Below, piece after piece: positions 59,601-64,000 of a stretch of 64,000 bases of DNA. The DNA is from Cyanophora paradoxa CCMP329 (Eukaryota > Plantae > Glaucophyta), in assembly GCA_004431415.1 (NCBI GenBank), contig QPMI01000495.1:124001-188000 (forward strand), given 5' to 3'. Position numbers and translations under genes: made by a program. Each line of letters starts with the position of its first letter. Position 1 is the first letter of the stretch. Below the pieces are notes generated by a model, which was given only the letters and a program-made list of their open reading frames with translations, searched no databases and was not told where the DNA came from.

Positions 59601-61652
59601 TAAGAAGTTCCGCACGTTCGTCGCCTCCGTCGAGGGCGGGTACAAGAGAGTGCCCTGTGAGCCCTTGTCCTCGTACCCGGAAGGACCGGCCCCTACCCTG
59701 ACACCGCCCCCCTCGCCACCTCCCACGCCAGACCACTCCTCGACCCACGCAGCGGATGTCGTGCAGGTCTACCCTCTCCCGTGTCTGCGGGTCCTGTCCC
59801 CTCCCGCTGACGCCCCGCCCCCAGGCGATGTCATGGCTCCTCCACGCCGGCGGCCTGCGGGCGCACCTGCGCCCAATCGACGCACTCGCCGCTCTGGTGC
59901 GTACCCCTCTCGTACCCCGTACCCAGTCTGAGACCGTTCGGCACACACAGACCGCGGCCGTCATCCACGACGTCAACCACGAGGGCCGCAACAAGTGCGC
60001 GTGTACCCCTGTCGCTCCGGCGGGTTCTGACCGGCGGGGCAGCGGCTTCGAGATCGCGACGCAGTCAGAGCTGGCGATGCTCTACAACGACCAGAGGCGC
60101 GGCCGGCCGGGCGGACCGGCCCCCGCCGGCGCCCTCTGGCGCGCGTGACGCGGGGCGGGGCGCAGCGTGCTGGAGAACCACAGCCTGGCGCTCTCGTTCG
60201 CGGCGCTGCGCAGCCCCGCCACCGACTTCGTCTCCCACCTCCCCAAGGACCAGGTGCCCGCGTCCCCCACCCACACCCCCGCCCCGCGGCCAAGCGGGCG
60301 GGGCGGCTGCAGCGGGCCGAGTTCCGGCGCGTCATCGTCGGGGCCGTCCTCGCCACCGACATGGCCAGGTCCGCCCCCCCCCCCCTCCCCCCCCCCCCCC
60401 CCCCCCCCCCCCCCGCGGGCCCCGGCGCCCCACGCGGCCGGTCCCGAGGGGCGCGGGGCAGGCACTTTGAGAAGGTGGCCGAGTTCAAGGCGCGCGTCGT
60501 CGCCTCCACCCTTCAGACGCCCCCGGACAGGTGCCCGCCGCCCGCGGGGCGCACCAGGGACCCAACCAGAGCCGGACTCGCGTTCTCGCCTGATCTGACT
60601 TGCCGGGGGCGCCGACAGCCCAGGGGGACAGAGCTCCACCGGCAGCGCCGGTGACGGCGAAACGAGCCGCAGGTGAGCCGCCGCATACCGCTGCCAAGCG
60701 CACGCCGCTCCCAAGCGCACGCCGCGCAGACCGTCCTCTCTGCGCCCCTCCCGAGAGCTGAACGCCTCGCGCCTCGCAGGGGCAGCGCGGCGGCGCAGTT
60801 CGCGCCGCTGACGGCGGCCGACCGCGGCCTGTTCATCGCCCTCTGCCTCAAGGCGCCCCCGGCCCGAACGCCGCATCCCGAGCCGCCGCTGACGCCCCCA
60901 GCGCCCAGGTCGCCGACATCTCCAACGCGGGGCGTTCGAGGCCCCAGGTACGGCTGAGCCCCCCCCTTCCCTCCATCCGAACTCCTCGGCTTGCCGGCGC
61001 CTGCTAGTCGCGAAGTTCTACGGCCTGTACCCCCGCTCCACCCTTACGCCCCCGCCGCAGCACGTCGAGTGGACGAGCCGCGTCAGCGAAGAGTTCTTCC
61101 TGCAAGTCCGCGTACCCCCCGCCCCGCCCCCTCCCCCCCCCCACCCTCCCCTGGCTGACTTGGGGGTGGCAGGGGGACGAGGAGCGGCGCCTGGGCCTGC
61201 CCATCTCCCCCTACTGCGACCGTGCCACGACGCTCCCGTCGGCCGCCACGGTGCGCCGCAGAGGCGGGCGCGCCCTCCGCGGGCCGGCCGTGTGACATCG
61301 GGCTCCGGCAGGCCGGCTTCCTCTCGTTCCTGGCGCTGCCGCTGCTCGAGGCGTGGGCCTCGCGCTTCGCCGCCGCCCGCCCCCTCGTCGCGCACGCCCG
61401 CGCCAACCTCGCCCACTGGAAGCGGGGCGAGGGCGGGCGGCGCGCCTCGGCCGCCTCCGTCCCGGCCGCCTCCAGAGCGCCCACGGGCGACAACTCGCCG
61501 GGGCCGCCCCGCAGGGCGCGCCGGCGCCGGCCCCGCCCGACATCGGCCTGCCGCCCGCCGCCGCGAGCAGCGAGGGCGCGCCCGGCCGGAGGCTCAGCCG
61601 GGCCGCCTCCACGGCCGTGACGTCACTGAGCACCAGCCCCACGCCCCGCTGA
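56656..61652 (+). CDS. Class I 3',5'-cyclic nucleotide phosphodiesterase with N-terminal TM helices (paralog B); multi-exon
   Basis: Same catalytic motifs as paralog A, in inverted orientation; both proteins end in ...SPTPR*. Confidence 0.88.
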
Positions 61653-62423
61653 CCGCGGGTGTAGATTTCACTGCGATCTTGATGTGGATACGTACGCGTG
61701 TACCCGGGCATCCGTGTGTAGATAGCATACGTCCTTTCTTTAGCCTAGTAGGTCTTCCCTTTGGGTCTTTCTTTCCGTTTCGTAGATTGTGCCTCGGTGT
61801 CTGTGTTATTCTAGCCAGTAGATGCGGGTACGATTCTTTCTCTTCTATCTTGATACTTGCTTAGTTAGGGTCCGGCGGCTCGCAGCTAGGATAGCACCAA
61901 GCTAACACGCACACGTGCATTTCTTGTTTGCATTCGAAAACAATTCGGCAACCGGTGGAACGGACCGTCGGACGTCAGCATGAAATAGGTTAGCTACATA
62001 TCATCATAGTATACCATTGATTAGTCTCCGTTCACACTCGCCAAACTCCCGCATGCGCAGAGCTAGATAGCCAGGTTTGTACTCATAAACTAGCTAGCCA
62101 GGTCTGTACTAGCCAGTTTCCCGACTTGACTCGTTGACTACTTTCTTACCGATTGCAAGCGCGCAGTACTATGATAATGGTGCTGCATTTTTGTTTTCTC
62201 ATGACTTGCAATTAGATCTGGAGGCAGTTTTCCATGCTTTTGGTTTATTGTTGTCAATTTATGGCGCCTTTAATTGTGAGTGTTATCGTGCTATTCGATG
62301 ATCGCCGATCGTGCTGCATGTATATGTATATGTAATTTCTTTTGTGGTTTCTCGCATGAGTTCGAATCGAATTTGAAGGAGCCTGGCCTCGGAGACAGGA
62401 TTCAATTGGCAGAGATCGGCGAG

Positions 62424-63711
62424 TCAGGCGCCGGCGCCGCTGGCGGCGGCGAGGCGGGCGAGGGCGGCGGCGACCTCGTCGGCGTACTTGGCGCCCTCGG
62501 GCACGCCCCGCGCCAGCCGCTCCGCCGCCTCCCGCGCCCCCGCGCCGCGCGCTGCGCGTCTCGCTCCCGCCCCCGCCCCGGGCCCGCCGCCGCCTCCAGC
62601 TCCCCCACCACTTTCCTGCGCGGCCCCTGCCCATCAGGACGCGATCGCTGGAGTGGGGCGGGGCGGGCGGGGCGGCGGGGCGCGCTTGAGCTGGCGGGCG
62701 AGCTTCCCGAGGGCGGGGCGGGGACGAGGCCCTCGCAGAAGGCGACGGCGGCGAGGAGCGGCAGCAGCACCGCCCGAGCCGCTCCACCGCTGCGCCCGGC
62801 CCGGGGCCCCTCGTCAGATCTAGATCGGAGCCGCGGCGATGGTGCACGCTGCGGGGCTGGAGGCCGGCCCGCGCGCACCGGCGGGGGCGCCCCCGGGACG
62901 ACGGCCGGCCGCATGCCGCCCCGGCCGCCTCCGCCGCCGCCTGCGGGCGCGGGGCGCGGGGGCGCGTCAGAGGGCGCCGCTTCCGCCCCGGCGAGCGCGT
63001 GTGCGCTGCCCGCGCCCCCTTCAGAAGCTCCCCCGCCCCTGCTCTCCCCTCTGCTCCGGGGGCACCTGGGTGAGGCGGGGGAGGATGCGCTGCGCGACGT
63101 TCTCCTCGAGGGCCGCCGCCAGCGCCGACCCGCCCCGGCCCGCTGCGCCCCGAGGCTCGGCTCCTCGGGCGGGCGGCGCGGCGGCCGGGGCGGGGCGGGG
63201 GCGGGCGGGGCGGGCCTGGTGGAGGCGGCCGGCGGCGCGGAGATAGTTCCCCTCCATCTTCAGCTCCAGCAGCGCGTCCAGCAGCCGCTGCACCTGCCCC
63301 GCCCCGCCCCGCCCCAAGCGTGTCGGCGGGCGGGCAGGGGCGGGGGAGCCGGGGGCGAGCGTGGGGGGCGGGGGGGACCGTGGGGGCGTGGACGATCTCC
63401 CAGGGGGGCAGGTCCTTCTGCAGCCCCTGCGCGCGCCCGTGGGCCCCGGTCCCTCTCCCCAAAAAGAAAGGAAGGAACGGCACCTGGGAGGCGAAGATCT
63501 CGACGAGGGCGGAGGCTCCGGCGCCCGACGCCGCCGCCGCCGCCACCTCGCTGCGCCGTCCCGCGTGGGCGAGGGAAGCAGCTCGGGTGACCGGGAAGGA
63601 GGGCTGGAGCGGCGCTAGCGATACTCGCGCAAGGGCCGCTGGCCGCCGGGCGGGTCCCTGGGGCCGCCCGGGGGCGCGCGGGGGGCACCTCATGAGGGCG
63701 AGCTGGGACAT
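62424..63711 (-). CDS. Hypothetical protein with a targeting-peptide-like N-terminus; multi-exon, start uncertain
   Basis: MSQLALMRCPPR...ALVEIFASQ|GLQKDLPPWEIVHAPT|VQRLLDALLELKMEGNYLRAAGRL; helical exons between GC-rich introns. Confidence 0.5.
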
Positions 63712-64000
63712 GACGCCCGCCGGGTTCTTGACCGCCCTGCCCGCACCGCAACGCACCGCATCGGATCGGATCGGATCTGAGCGGGAGGGGGGGCGTGGGG
63801 CGGGCGCGCCTGGAGAGGGCGAGGCGGGCGGCCTTGCGCGCCTCCTCGGGGGCCCCCTGCATGCACACCCGCAGTCAGCGAGGACGTCGAATCCACCGGC
63901 AATGCAGCGCCGGCCGGGCCCGGCCGGATCCCGCCCGGCCCCTCCGGTCCCCCGAAGGAAGGAAGGGAGGAAGGAGGGACCTCGGGGGCCTCGAAGACGG

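Noticed and set aside
1-64000. tRNA or rRNA genes
   Set aside because: None recognised by eye; tRNAscan-SE or Infernal would be needed to exclude them.

Overview
This is gene-dense eukaryotic nuclear DNA. Spliceosomal introns are very short (about 30-70 nt), GC-AG donors are common, and there are microexons. Plastid thioredoxin x and transit peptides with an early Phe (MAF.., MFV..AFVG) suggest an alga with a primary plastid, possibly a glaucophyte (inference). The left 38 kb holds organellar IF2, COPB2, RPS12, mS23, bTHX, SARNP, COX10, a PWWP-TFIIS fusion, KCS, Trx-x, a MED15-like polyQ protein, QueE, SEM1, UTP11, a HIRIP3-like protein, SDHAF3 and an Mpv17 protein. The right 25 kb is much richer in GC. 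It carries two inverted paralogous membrane-anchored class I phosphodiesterase genes enclosing a hypothetical gene, an NRAMP and a PP2C. Four observations stand out. (1) A spliced Fanzor/TnpB RuvC-zinc-ribbon fragment (11710-12124) has DRN in place of the catalytic DRD. It is followed by a structured ~140-nt noncoding element (candidate omegaRNA) that recurs at 25.1 kb and partly at 34.5 kb, each time beside a copy of the same host exon. (2) An intron-containing queE has an organellar-type presequence, although eukaryotes are regarded as lacking de novo 7-deazaguanine synthesis. (3) TFIIS is fused to a PWWP domain. (4) Intergenic DNA is a patchwork of copies of nearby genes. Gene models were assembled by eye, so multi-exon boundaries are approximate.
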